Positions 46,437 to 56,334 of a stretch of DNA of 64,000 bases are shown piece by piece. The stretch is from Anaerolineales bacterium (GTDB taxonomy: Bacteria; Chloroflexota; Anaerolineae; Anaerolineales; E44-bin32), in NCBI GenBank assembly GCA_016927115.1, contig JAFGNH010000080.1:1492-65491 (forward strand), written 5' to 3'. Each line of letters begins with the position of its first letter. Position 1 is the first letter of the stretch. Made by a program: the position numbers and the translations under genes. The notes beneath the pieces are model-generated. The model was not told where the DNA came from and did no database searches. It saw only the letters and a program-made list of their open reading frames with translations.

Positions 46437-47692
46437 TGCTGCTGCGCGGATATCCGCCGTGTATCCTGCTCAAACTTCCATAAGGCATGCCAGGCTTTCA
46501 CATCCCCGATAGTTTCCAGCAAAGTAATAACAGTCTTGTCATGCTCGCCGCCGTCCAGGTTGTTAATTAACGGATCGACTGCAGTGCTGCCAAAGTTAAT
46601 CAGTGCATCAACGGCGGATTTCTTGATGAGGTAATATTTCCGACTTTCTGCCTGCTGTTTTAAGGATTGAAACGATACAGGCGTACGAAGGTATTTCGGC
46701 AGGGTGGTTTTTATCAAATTAATCAACGGTTGTATCGCATCGGGATCTGTGACCAGCTTGAGGTGGTCGGGCGATTTATCCACCAGTGCTGGCACAGCAG
46801 CGGCTCCCAACTGAGCACAGGCGGTGTAATCTCCCATCTGGATATAGTAGTTAACGCCGGCGCTGCTCTTATCAGGCTTCCACCCGAGTTGATCGAGAGC
46901 AGCGTTTACCATTGGATCATTCTGGTCGGCCAGCTCAGCCACAAGCATCTTTACCGCTGCTTCCAGTCCATCCCTGTCCAGCGTTTCGAGGATTGCAGCG
47001 GTTGTTCCCTCTGGGCCGGATGATTGTTGTTTTCGCAGCAGGAGCAGGTATACAAGGTGTTCGCGGTCTTGCTCCGGCTCCCATTGCATGGCTTTCAACA
47101 TCCGGGCGTAATCCGGTTCAAGCGTTTCGGCCATGGACACGGTCAGTATCTCTCTGGCATGATGACTGGATTCGATCGTTTTTAGTGTGTCCTTAATCAT
47201 CTGAGGTCTGGATGGTCTCAGGCTGTTCTTGTGGTACAAGCGGGCAAGGGCAAGTATGGGCTCTTTTCCTCCCAGTTCTGCACAGGCAGGTACGCATGCG
47301 AGCGCAACTTTACTTTCGGCATGATCGAATATATGAACCAGTGTCTGACGGAACAACTCAATACCCGTCCGGTCCAGTTGAGGAATATGTTTTTCAGCTG
47401 CCTCGAAGGCTTTGATGCGGACATCAGGGATCTTGTCTTCTTTCAGCGATTCCAGCAATGCTGGAACGATAACAGCTGTGCCGATTCGGTTCAGTGACCA
47501 GGCAGCATCCATACGGATTTGGGAAGCTTTTCCCCGGCGATATTCCTCTTTGCCTGACCGCTTGTATTTGAGCGCATTGACCAGGCCCTTGATATTTTTT
47601 TGCTTTTCCAGTTTTTTTACATCAGGCGGGCCGAATACTGCCATGAGATGAACTCCGTTATTTTGAAGTATTTCTTCTCCGTTATAATACAC
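46433..47692 (-). CDS. HEAT-repeat protein
   Basis: It has HEAT-like units (LKEDKIPDVRIKAFEAAE and others). Its stop overlaps the start of the downstream HEAT gene (ATGA). The start is uncertain; the alternative MAVFGPP lies at about 47644. Confidence 0.65.
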   Translation of the reverse strand: MYYNGEEILQNNGVHLMAVFGPPDVKKLEKQKNIKGLVNALKYKRSGKEEYRRGKASQIRMDAAWSLNRIGTAVIVPALLESLKEDKIPDVRIKAFEAAEKHIPQLDRTGIELFRQTLVHIFDHAESKVALACVPACAELGGKEPILALARLYHKNSLRPSRPQMIKDTLKTIESSHHAREILTVSMAETLEPDYARMLKAMQWEPEQDREHLVYLLLLRKQQSSGPEGTTAAILETLDRDGLEAAVKMLVAELADQNDPMVNAALDQLGWKPDKSSAGVNYYIQMGDYTACAQLGAAAVPALVDKSPDHLKLVTDPDAIQPLINLIKTTLPKYLRTPVSFQSLKQQAESRKYYLIKKSAVDALINFGSTAVDPLINNLDGGEHDKTVITLLETIGDVKAWHALWKFEQDTRRISAQQQ

Positions 47693-47812
47693 AGTTGTGA
47701 TGTATAAAGCGAAATCTGTAAGTAATTTGAAGGCGGCAAATCGTCTATGTGATATTCCGCCGGAGGTGGGTTGTTAAAGCTGCAATAAACGGTTTGAATT
47801 TAAAGGAAAAAA

Positions 47813-48388
47813 ATGATGGCTGATTACAGAGTTCTGCCGGTTGTACTTGAACGATATTCGCCACGTGCCTTTGATGGAAACAGGGCGGTGCCGCGTGAAG
47901 CACTTGAGGTCCTTCTTGAAGCAGCCCGATGGGCGCCTTCAGCAGCCAACAGTCAGCCCTGGGTCTATCTTGTTTTTGATTCTTCAGTCGCGGAGGCTCT
48001 CGAGCAGGCGCGCAACCTGCTTGACGAAGGTAACCGGAAATGGGCTGTCCGGGCACCTGTTTTGCTGCTGGCATGCTCCCGTGTCAGGCGGGAAAATGGG
48101 AAACCGCAGCGATATGGAGAACATGATCTGGGCCTGGCAAACCAGAATTTGCTGCTGCAGGCACATTTTTTGGGGCTGTTTGCTCATCCAATGGCTGGTT
48201 TTGATAAGAACCAGGCACGGGAGTGGTTTTTCATCCCGAATGATTACCAGCCGATGGTTATGATAGCTCTTGGTTATCCTGGCGAGGAAGCAGATCTTCC
48301 GCCGGAAGTGCGAGAGAAGGACCAGGAGCCACGAAGAAGAAAGCCGCTGGACAAGATTGCTGGCTGGGGGTACTGGCCGGAAGGGTAG
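47813..48388 (+). CDS. Nitroreductase family protein
   Basis: It has RYSPRAFDGNRAVPREALEVLLEAARWAPSAANSQPW, the classic FMN nitroreductase N-terminus, and GYPGEE near the C-terminus. Confidence 0.85.
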   Translation: MMADYRVLPVVLERYSPRAFDGNRAVPREALEVLLEAARWAPSAANSQPWVYLVFDSSVAEALEQARNLLDEGNRKWAVRAPVLLLACSRVRRENGKPQRYGEHDLGLANQNLLLQAHFLGLFAHPMAGFDKNQAREWFFIPNDYQPMVMIALGYPGEEADLPPEVREKDQEPRRRKPLDKIAGWGYWPEG

Positions 48389-48627
48389 ATAGTGAATTCG
48401 GGGAGGCCGGCAGCAGAAGCGGCCAGATTTCTTTCCTGACTTCAGAATTCTTCCTGACATGGTTTCGGAAGCAGCGCAGATTTCTCTTTACGGATCCTGC
48501 CATTTGTCTTTATAGAAAACAGGAGTACCTTCAAGCCGGTATTTCCAGCCTGCTGATAACATGCATACCGGGTTCTGCTCTGAAAAAACGCTCCCAACGC
48601 AGTTGTTGAAACCAGCCTCATATCAAT

Positions 48628-48666
48628 AAAAAAAACAGTCTTCCCGCCGGGAACAGGCAGGAAGAC
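48628..48666 (-). terminator. Rho-independent terminator downstream of the Fe-S oxidoreductase gene
   Basis: The stem is gtcttcc (48638..48644) with ggaagac (48660..48666). On the minus strand it is followed by an 8-nt U tract (A-run at 48628..48635). Confidence 0.55.
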
Positions 48667-48693
48667 ATATTATTTATCAGCTGTAGATTGAGT

Positions 48694-50694
48694 TTAAAGT
48701 GACTCAAGCAGGATTTCGGCCAGGTCACGCACATCCAATTCTGTGCCCTGTGCTTTAACTTCATCCTCCAGCATCGTCAGGCAAAACGGACAGGAAACCG
48801 CCACTGTACCAGCGCCGGTATGCTGCAGTTCTTCGAAGCGGGCGGCGCTGACACGCGTTTCCCCGTGTTCTTCTTCTTTCCACATCTGGCCGCCTCCAGC
48901 GCCGCAGCAGAAGGATTTTGCTCCGGAACGGGCTGCTTCATGGAGCGTCCCCCCTGTCTTTTGGAGTAGATGTCGCGGTGCTTCATATATCCCGTTCATC
49001 CGTCCCAGGTAGCAGGGATCATGGTAGGTGATGGAGCCGGTATGTCCGCTGCTGCGAAAATTTAGCTGTCCACTGCGGACGAATTCATCCAGCAGCTCGG
49101 TGTGGTGAAGCACGGTGTAGCTGCCGCCATATGCCGGATACTCATTCTTTATGGTGTGCAGACAGTGTGGGCAGGTAGTGACAATTCTCCCCGGATTGAC
49201 CCGATTGAGGGTTTCAACGTTTTGCACTGCCAATTCGTAAAACAGATACTCATTACCGCTGCGGCGGGCGGCATCACCGGTGCACATTTCCTCCGGACCG
49301 AGAACGGCGAACGAGACTCCAGCTGCATGCAGGAGGCGGGCAAAAGCGCGAGCGGTTTTCTGTGCGCGGGCGTCGGTAGCGGGTGCGCAGCCGACCCACC
49401 ACAGCAGGTCAACTTTTTCACACTCTGCTGCAAGGGGAATATCGAGGCCTTCCGCCCAATCCATCCTTTTTTCAGGTGGAATATTCCACGGATTTCCACT
49501 CCGTTCCAGGCCGCGGAAGGTGGTTTGCAGTGCAGCGGGGAAAGAGTTTTCCATCAGCACCAGTCCTCGGCGGATATCGAGAATATCCATCATGGGCTCG
49601 TTTCCGACCGGACAGATATCTACACAGGCGCCACAGGCGGTACAGGCCCAGACCGCCTCCTCCGGGATTGCCATTTCCAGCAGTGTCTGGCTGCTCTGGC
49701 CGCCCTGAGCAATAGCAGTTCCTTCCTGATTGAGGAAGTAACGTTTGTTGATTTCGAGTGCGGCGGGAGAGAGGATTTTGCCGGTCTGGTAAGCCGGGCA
49801 AGCATCCTGGCATCGGTTGCACATGATGCAGGAAAAGGTATCCATCAGTGAGGAAGATGAAAGATCTTCTATTCGGCCTGCGCCGAACTGCTCGATCGTT
49901 TCATCTTCCATATCGAGTGCGAACATCTCACCGGGAGAACGGCGCGATGGGGCGAGCAGGAAATTCAGGGGTGTCATTATCAGGTGGAAATGTTTGCTGT
50001 ATGGGAAATACGGAATGAAAGCCATGATTGAACCCACTGCCGCCCACCAGAACACGTGGTGCAGGATTTCGAGTGTGGCGGCAGGCGTGGCGCCCCAGAG
50101 AGAACCCAGGATTGTGGCTGCCGGCTGCCAGCTGTCAGCACCTTCCAGCGCAGTAAGGGTGCTGGCACCGACAAGGCGGGCACCGACGTGGAACAGGATG
50201 AACAGCCCGACAAAAAGAGAATCGCGCGGGATGCCGCGGCGTGCCTTTCCGGTGACAAATATTCGCTCGTGTATTTGCAGCTCCCCTGCGCGCAGCAGGA
50301 AACGCCGCAGCAGCAGCGCAGCCATCCCGAACAGTACAGCTGCAGAACTGATATCTGCGAAAAGACGGTAAAGATCACCTGCGAGGTTTGGCCCCAAAAA
50401 ATGAAAATTGGGGATCAGGCCTTCCAGCACATCTGCCGTGTTGACGAGCAGAAAGTATAAAAAGCCCCAGGCAACCAGTGCATGCAAGATGCTCGTGGCA
50501 AGCCTGTCCCGAAAGACAGGCGCAAGGCTGATAGCATCAGTGAAGGACCGGACGGCCTTTTTTGATTCCGGAGGCCAAGGGAAAAATCCTCCCCGGGAAA
50601 ATATTCCCCGCAGTCGTTGGTAGGCTTTCCAGGCCAGGAAGAGGGTAAGAGCAGCCGCTGCCAAAAAAAGAATTTTCTCAAGCAGTGTAAGCAT
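48694..50694 (-). CDS. Membrane-bound (Fe-S)-binding oxidoreductase, HdrD/DsrMK-like fusion
   Basis: 666 aa. It has an N-terminal domain of about 5 TM helices, two 4Fe-4S ferredoxin motifs (CIMCNRCQDACP and CTACGACVDICP), and C-terminal CCG-type Cys-rich domains (FCCGAGGG). Confidence 0.8.
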   Translation of the reverse strand: MLTLLEKILFLAAAALTLFLAWKAYQRLRGIFSRGGFFPWPPESKKAVRSFTDAISLAPVFRDRLATSILHALVAWGFLYFLLVNTADVLEGLIPNFHFLGPNLAGDLYRLFADISSAAVLFGMAALLLRRFLLRAGELQIHERIFVTGKARRGIPRDSLFVGLFILFHVGARLVGASTLTALEGADSWQPAATILGSLWGATPAATLEILHHVFWWAAVGSIMAFIPYFPYSKHFHLIMTPLNFLLAPSRRSPGEMFALDMEDETIEQFGAGRIEDLSSSSLMDTFSCIMCNRCQDACPAYQTGKILSPAALEINKRYFLNQEGTAIAQGGQSSQTLLEMAIPEEAVWACTACGACVDICPVGNEPMMDILDIRRGLVLMENSFPAALQTTFRGLERSGNPWNIPPEKRMDWAEGLDIPLAAECEKVDLLWWVGCAPATDARAQKTARAFARLLHAAGVSFAVLGPEEMCTGDAARRSGNEYLFYELAVQNVETLNRVNPGRIVTTCPHCLHTIKNEYPAYGGSYTVLHHTELLDEFVRSGQLNFRSSGHTGSITYHDPCYLGRMNGIYEAPRHLLQKTGGTLHEAARSGAKSFCCGAGGGQMWKEEEHGETRVSAARFEELQHTGAGTVAVSCPFCLTMLEDEVKAQGTELDVRDLAEILLESL

Positions 50695-50938
50695 GGCGTT
50701 CTCCTGTGAATGTAGGATTCCAGTGGGAAGGTCGGTTCATTTGATTTGACAAAGAATGAAATATTCAGCAATGGACAAGTCTACCACAGGCTGGCAGGAG
50801 GGAAAACGAAGGACTTATAAGACTGAGGTATATGAACTGTCGGGGATGGGATGGCTGCTGCAAGTCAATTGTGAAAAGCGGGAATCATGAAGCCGCGCTT
50901 ACCCAGCGCGGCCTGGAGTTCCGGGTGACCAGGGTCAG

Positions 50939-51301
50939 TCAGGCAGCCCGAATAGCAAATGTTTTTTTATCTGGCTGCAGGATTTCGTGATGAGTCAGGT
51001 AGTCGTTCACCTCAACCAGACACATCCGATATGTGCGCAGCAGCTCCTCATCACTGGCTTTATGGCGGCGCAGTGATTGATGGGAGCATTCTTTGCAGCC
51101 GCGCATGGCACGATAGGAATCAGTCTCACAACCAAGGCAGCCATTCATTCGGATCATGGTCAGAGAGAATGCCAGGCTTTCAGGATGATCCTGTGGAAGT
51201 CGGCTTACATGGTCCACAAGCTCAAACCAGGCTGGCCCACGATCATGGCGGAGATGTCCTATCAATTTGGGGGGGAATAGGAGTTCGTTAAATGAATACA
51301 T
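50939..51301 (-). CDS. Small Cys-rich hypothetical protein
   Basis: The start was moved to the ATG at 51301 (MYSFNELLF...). It contains CLGC-x11-CKEC, four Cys arranged like a zinc knuckle pair. I recognised no family. Confidence 0.4.
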   Translation of the reverse strand: MYSFNELLFPPKLIGHLRHDRGPAWFELVDHVSRLPQDHPESLAFSLTMIRMNGCLGCETDSYRAMRGCKECSHQSLRRHKASDEELLRTYRMCLVEVNDYLTHHEILQPDKKTFAIRAA

Positions 51302-51615
51302 AGCCTCGCCAATCTTATGTTCATTTGAATTCAGTATGCGGCAGGTTTGCCCCATTGTAGTTGTGCAGACAAATCCATGAATACAGTACTTAAGTACTAC
51401 TATGCTCTGAACTGAAATATTAAGAGCATTCTCACTTATCAGCAGCCGCGCCGGTTAATCTATACGTGTCTTTTTTCTCATTCTTAACCGGAATCGGTGT
51501 AAATCACAGATTTGCGGGCTGTGCTGCCGCTACCGGTTAAACACAGCAGCACTATGCGGGTTGCGGAAGGGACAGGGTTTCCAGCCAGATTCCGGCTGAT
51601 CCCTGGCAGCATTGG

Positions 51616-52785
51616 TCATGCACCTCCAGGTGTGTAGACATCAGGATCGGTGGGGGTTTCCCCGCTGGGATCCCAGACATACACCCAGGTTCCTTCCTGC
51701 GACCAGTCGAAAATCCATTGTGCGTCTGCATGAGAGAGATTGACGCATCCATGTGATGTTGGGTAGCCGTAATTGTTGTGCCAGTACGCTCCGTGGATCG
51801 CGCGTGCCTCATCATAGTACATGACCCAGGGCACGTCTTCAAGATAGTAGTAATCCGAGCGGTCGGATGCGAAGGCACCACTCATGGTATCTGTCTCGAG
51901 TTTGGCATAGACCTGGAAGACGCCGGGTTGAGTCCACCACCCGTTGGAACCGCTGGAAACCAGGGTGGCGTACTGCAGCCGGCCATCTTCGTACAGTGAA
52001 ATGGTTTGTTCGTAGAGATTGATCTCGATCCAGCGATTATCTGGAATACCTTCAGGGCGTTCCGGATTGGGGTAAACAAGGGCCACAAGCCGCTGTTCGA
52101 CCCATTCCTCCGGTCCGATCATGTACCAATCCAGGCCGTCGACGTTTCGGGTATCGTAGATCTGAATTACTTCATACCGGTAAGCCCAGCGAGTCCCAGC
52201 AGGCTGGTTTAGGCCCGGTGCAGTGGAGACATAATTTCCGCCCATGATCCATCCGAATGGACGGATTGGATTCTCGTTAAAAATCAAGCCCTGGAACTCG
52301 GGTGGTGTATAGCGGGAAACGTTGTCCCCTCGAATGTAGACACCGGGCTCGATCATATAAATGATCTTGCCATTCTTTTCAATACGGTCGATATAGCTGA
52401 CAAAAAGATATCCCGGCGGGATTTCGCCGACGGTGTTTTTTCTATCCAGAGCATCGTCAACACTGCCGTATTTGGCTGTGCCGGATTTTCCCACTCGCAG
52501 GTACTCAAAGGGGAGGTAGTTCAAATTGGGATCCGGTGAGACTGCCGGCAGTGGTTGATTGGAAAGCGCACCCAGGAGAGCCAGTCCGGTAATATTTTCA
52601 GCAGGGCCGATATTTGAGCACTGGCGCGGAAAACGGAGCTGATCGCGGCCAGTACACGCATAATCTACGGGTGTTTCCGGAGTGTCAGCTTTAACAATCA
52701 GCAGCTCCGGTACTGCCAGCAACAACGAGAGCAGGAAGGCCAGCAGGCTTGCTGCAATCAGTCTGCGCATTTTTATATGGATCAT
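51616..52785 (-). CDS. L,D-transpeptidase (YkuD family), secreted
   Basis: It has an N-terminal signal/anchor (LIAASLLAFLLSLLLAV) and the catalytic motif HGAYWHNNYGYPTSHGCVNLSHADAQWIFDW. Confidence 0.85.
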   Translation of the reverse strand: MIHIKMRRLIAASLLAFLLSLLLAVPELLIVKADTPETPVDYACTGRDQLRFPRQCSNIGPAENITGLALLGALSNQPLPAVSPDPNLNYLPFEYLRVGKSGTAKYGSVDDALDRKNTVGEIPPGYLFVSYIDRIEKNGKIIYMIEPGVYIRGDNVSRYTPPEFQGLIFNENPIRPFGWIMGGNYVSTAPGLNQPAGTRWAYRYEVIQIYDTRNVDGLDWYMIGPEEWVEQRLVALVYPNPERPEGIPDNRWIEINLYEQTISLYEDGRLQYATLVSSGSNGWWTQPGVFQVYAKLETDTMSGAFASDRSDYYYLEDVPWVMYYDEARAIHGAYWHNNYGYPTSHGCVNLSHADAQWIFDWSQEGTWVYVWDPSGETPTDPDVYTPGGA

Positions 52786-53028
52786 AGATAACCTGTACCT
52801 CTGAATTCTTCCCGGGTTACCGATTGTATGTGGGAAGAAAATCTTATTTGATATGGAGATAATTATAATCTGTATGCAATGATACGGATGTGTATCGATT
52901 CGATAGGGTTGAAAGAGGAGTAATGAAGGGATCGGGTATAATCCGAACCGGAGTATCTAAAAAGATACGAGAAGAGGTGGATTAGTATGGGGTTTAATCA
53001 GCAGTTCAGCCGCTGTGGGCTCGAAACA

Positions 53029-53856
53029 ATGTCAGAAGAACAGCGAACAAGGCTGAGGAATATCAAGGCAGTTGGTATCGATGTGGATTTTACTTTGCTG
53101 GGTTCGGATTTTATGGTTTCTGAAAAAAACCGGCAGGCAATAATAGCGGCGCAAAAAGCCGGCCTGGGTGTGCATCTGATCACCGGACGCAGCCTGCAGA
53201 CACTGCAGCCGATCCTGGAGGAAGTACCTTTTACAGATCTGATGGCGATATCCGGCGGTGCTTTTATTTATGACCCGGTACAGCAGTCCATTGTGGACAG
53301 GCGGCTCATATCACGGCGGGCGGCTGAGATCGTAGTGGAAACTGCGCGGGCTGCGAATGCGGCTATATTTCTGTATTATCCGGAAGAGATCTACATGGAA
53401 GCTACCCCGGAACTACTGGAGGGCTGGCATGGGTCGCGAACATATCACCCGGTAAAGACGAAAGATATCCTGGCGGAAACCAGCGGGGATCCGAACAAGA
53501 TCGCAGTATTTGGCGAGAATGCACAACTGCGCAGTGTGGAAGCGAAGGCTCGGATATCAGGAGCTGAGCTCTTCTATGCCTATCCACATTCCTATTTCCT
53601 TGATGTTACTCACCTGGAGGCCGGGAAGGGGGATGCACTGCTCCGCTTGTGCAGCAAGGTCGGTATCCGGCCTGAAGAAATGCTTGTAATCGGAGATGGG
53701 GAGAACGATCTTCCCATGTTTGCAAAAGCGGGATTTGGTGTGGCATTGGAGAACGCTGCCGAGGCATTGAAAATAACAGCGGACTGTATTGGTCCGTCGA
53801 ATGAAAATCACGGAGTGGCGTGGGTGTTGGAGATGCTTCTGGCTGTCGGTCGCTGA
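53029..53856 (+). CDS. Cof-type HAD-IIB family hydrolase
   Basis: It has motif I GIDVDFTLL, motif IV IGDGENDLPMF and a cap domain between them. The start was moved to MSEEQRT (ORF track 52987). Confidence 0.8.
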   Translation: MSEEQRTRLRNIKAVGIDVDFTLLGSDFMVSEKNRQAIIAAQKAGLGVHLITGRSLQTLQPILEEVPFTDLMAISGGAFIYDPVQQSIVDRRLISRRAAEIVVETARAANAAIFLYYPEEIYMEATPELLEGWHGSRTYHPVKTKDILAETSGDPNKIAVFGENAQLRSVEAKARISGAELFYAYPHSYFLDVTHLEAGKGDALLRLCSKVGIRPEEMLVIGDGENDLPMFAKAGFGVALENAAEALKITADCIGPSNENHGVAWVLEMLLAVGR

Positions 53857-53888
53857 TAGCCCGGATCTGCCCCGGCATGGCACGGCAT

Positions 53889-53925
53889 AAAAAAACCTCC
53901 CGCAATGTATTCTGCAGGAGGTTTT
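53889..53925. terminator. Bidirectional rho-independent terminator between convergent HAD and lpdA genes
   Basis: The stem is aacctcc (53894..53900) with ggaggtt (53917..53923). It has an A-run on the left (53889..53895) and a T-run on the right (53922..53925). Confidence 0.55.
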
Positions 53926-53948
53926 CGGATTTTTAACGATGTACCGGA

Positions 53949-55346
53949 TCAGATGTGGATCGCTTCCCCCACGGCAGCGTGGGCTGCTTCCATCAGCGTC
54001 TCACTAAGCGTTGGGTGGGCGTGTACGTTGCGGGCGATCTCGTCCGGCGTCATCTCCATCATCTGCGCCAGGGTCAACTCCGGCAGCAGCTCGGTGACTT
54101 CCGGGCCGACCATGTGCGCGCCGAGTATTTCGCCGTATTTTGTATCGGTCACCAGCTTGACCCATCCGGCGGATTCGCCCAGCCCCAGCGCCTTGCCGTT
54201 GGCCTGGAACGGGAAACGCCCGACCTTGACATCATAGCCGCGCTCCGCTGCCTGCGCTTCTGTCAGGCCGAATGAGGCGATCTGCGGATGGCAGTAGGTG
54301 GCGTGCGGCATCATTTCATAATTAAGCGTGATGGTTTTTTCTCCGGCAATGTTTTCGGCGCAGATGATCCCCTGTGCGGAGGCCACATGCGCAAGCATCA
54401 GTTTGCCGGTCACGTCGCCGATGGCCCATACGCCGGGCACGTTGGTCTGCATACGATCATCAATCTCGATCATGCCGCGCTTGTCCACGCTGACACCGAT
54501 CTTGTCGAGCCCCAGGTCCTTGCTGTTCGGGCGGAAACCGATCGCAACCAGTGCCTGCTCTGCTTCGAGCACCTGCTCGCCGTCCGGTGTTGTGACGGTG
54601 ACTTGCACGCCGGCCTTGACCTTCTTGATGGATTCAACACGGGTTCCGGTCAGACAGGTAATCTTGCGCTTTTTAAATGCCTTCTCAACTTCCTTACTGG
54701 CTTCTTCATCCTCCAGCGGGGCAATACGCGGCAGCATTTCCACCAGGGTCACTTCGGTGCCGTACGCGTTCCACACGGTGGCGAATTCGAGGCCGATCGC
54801 ACCGGCGCCGACTATCACAACGGATTTCGGCAGTTTCTCCTGCAGGATCGCTTCCTTGTAGGTGAGTACTTTCTCGCCATCGGGTTCCATCCCCGGGATG
54901 ATCATCGAGGAGGCACCTGTGGCAATGATGATATTTTCCGCTTTGAGTTCTTCCTCGCCGCCTTCAGTGAGGGTCACGCCAAGGGTGGAGCGGTCCTTGA
55001 ACACGGCTGTTCCCATGAACACATCAATCTTGTGTTTTTTCATCAGGAAGCCCACGCCCCTGGTCAGCCGGTTTGATACCTGGCGGCTGCGTTTGACAGC
55101 CGCCGGGAAGTCGAGCTCAAGGTTTTCGATCTTGAATCCGAATTCCCGCCCGCCTTCACGCAGCAGGTGTGCCACCTCAGCATTTTTCAGCAGTGCTTTG
55201 GAAGGGACGCAGCCGATATTGAGGCATACTCCTCCAATCCACTCTTTCTCAACCAGGGCGGTCTTTTTGCCCAACTGTGCTGATTTTATCGCAGCAACAT
55301 ATCCACCCGGGCCTCCCCCTATAACAATCACATCGTACGCGGCCAT
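53949..55346 (-). CDS. lpdA: Dihydrolipoyl dehydrogenase (E3 component)
   Basis: 465 aa. It has YDVIVIGGGPGGYVAA (FAD), the redox-active disulfide GGVCLNIGCVPSK, the NAD site VIVGAGAIGLEF, and the C-terminal HAHPTLSE interface His-Glu motif. Confidence 0.92.
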   Translation of the reverse strand: MAAYDVIVIGGGPGGYVAAIKSAQLGKKTALVEKEWIGGVCLNIGCVPSKALLKNAEVAHLLREGGREFGFKIENLELDFPAAVKRSRQVSNRLTRGVGFLMKKHKIDVFMGTAVFKDRSTLGVTLTEGGEEELKAENIIIATGASSMIIPGMEPDGEKVLTYKEAILQEKLPKSVVIVGAGAIGLEFATVWNAYGTEVTLVEMLPRIAPLEDEEASKEVEKAFKKRKITCLTGTRVESIKKVKAGVQVTVTTPDGEQVLEAEQALVAIGFRPNSKDLGLDKIGVSVDKRGMIEIDDRMQTNVPGVWAIGDVTGKLMLAHVASAQGIICAENIAGEKTITLNYEMMPHATYCHPQIASFGLTEAQAAERGYDVKVGRFPFQANGKALGLGESAGWVKLVTDTKYGEILGAHMVGPEVTELLPELTLAQMMEMTPDEIARNVHAHPTLSETLMEAAHAAVGEAIHI

Positions 55347-55704
55347 TCGCGGTCCTCCTGTAGGTATTCCATGCTCATTTGAAATCCGTACTTTAGTATA
55401 TCGTATTCAAACCTGAATGGCAGTGTATGATTGATAGAAATCTATGAACCACCAGCATATATGATGGGTTTGATGCGGGTTATTCTTTGTGCGCAGTGTT
55501 TCTGTATCACCCAGAGTCGTATGAGTATTGGAAAAATGCACAAGTCACATAGTCAAAGCAGAACTGGTTTTGGAATAAAAGTGTACGCGTTCCACAGTCG
55601 ATGTCATACGAATGCTGCAATCCAGAGTTTCCAGAGATTCGGGGGACGGAAGTTCAGTTAATGGATAGAAAACAAAGCCTCTGTGACTTGAAAACCCTTC
55701 TCCA

Positions 55705-55732
55705 TTGCACTATAACCGTGTGCTGGTATAAT
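55705..55732 (+). promoter_or_regulatory. Candidate sigma70 promoter of tRNA-Val
   Basis: ttgcac (55705..55710), a 16-nt spacer, then tataat (55727..55732), ending 11 nt before the tRNA 5' end. Confidence 0.5.
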
Positions 55733-55743
55733 TTGGGTTGCCA

Positions 55744-55817
55744 GGGCGGTTAGCTCAGCTGGTTAGAGCGTTGCGTTGACATCGCAAAGGTCGTAGGTTC
55801 GAGTCCTATACCGCCCA
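55744..55817 (+). tRNA. tRNA-Val (anticodon GAC)
   Basis: A hand-folded cloverleaf: acceptor GGGCGGT/ACCGCCC, D arm GCTC-AGCTGGTTA-GAGC, anticodon arm TTGCG-TTGACAT-CGCAA (T33, GAC, A37), variable loop AGGTC, T arm GTAGG-TTCGAGT-CCTAT, discriminator A. CCA is not encoded. Confidence 0.9.
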
Positions 55818-55820
55818 CAG
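55803..55820 (+). repeat. Direct repeat copy 1 (3' end of tRNA-Val), attL-like
   Basis: gtcctataccgcccacag is identical to 60099..60116. Confidence 0.85.
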
Positions 55821-55824
55821 AATG

Positions 55825-55858
55825 GAACCCCTCGATGTTGAGGGGTTCTTTGTTTTGT
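55825..55858 (+). terminator. Rho-independent terminator after tRNA-Val
   Basis: The stem is gaacccct (55825..55832) with aggggttc (55841..55848), followed by tttgttttgt. Confidence 0.6.
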
Positions 55859-55932
55859 TGAGGTTAAAAAATCGGAGGGGAAAAAGGGGGATTGCGAATT
55901 CCTGGACTATCAAAATCGCGAAAAAGAGCTAA

Positions 55933-56064
55933 AGCCCAAAACACGATTATGAATTACTGATTGCTTCGCATGCTCGAAGCACGGGTCTGGTTCTTGTTAC
56001 GAACAATGTGCGGGAGTATCAACGAATTCCTGATTTATTGGTAGAAAATCGGGTGAAAGTATAG
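55933..56064 (+). pseudogene. 3' fragment of a PIN-domain (VapC-type) toxin gene
   Basis: My own translation of the 43 codons after an in-frame TAA is SPKHDYELLIASHARSTGLVLVTNNVREYQRIPDLLVENRVKV*. It matches the conserved C-terminal third of VapC toxins (D-x-x-IAA-x-A...LVT-x-N-x-x-(D/E)(F/Y)...(L)-x-(V/L)EN). No N-terminal part or start codon is present. Confidence 0.55.
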
Positions 56065-56334
56065 AGCTGCAAGCTGAATTGAAATAATAGTAACTGGCAA
56101 ATACATAACATCAGCATCCCTTGAAGCCAGGAAAGCCCCCGGTAAAGTTCCTGTGCAATAAAACTTCATTGTTTCCCCTGAAGTGGAGAACACTAGCGTT
56201 CTCGGGAAAAGAAGAGGTTCGGGATGGATTCTGTACTCCCCACAGGGAAAAGCGCCAGGCAGGATCGCTGGGCGTTTTACAGCTATTGGGACTTTTCTTT
56301 TGTACCTGATTTGGATTGACCCGGGCTCTCTATT

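Noticed and set aside
49102-50460. Plus-strand ORFs of 134-249 aa
   Set aside because: They are shadow frames of the HdrD-like Fe-S protein gene, which carries two ferredoxin motifs and CCG domains on the minus strand.
53955-55416. Several plus-strand ORFs (106-262 aa)
   Set aside because: All are antisense or shadow frames of lpdA, whose identity is unambiguous.
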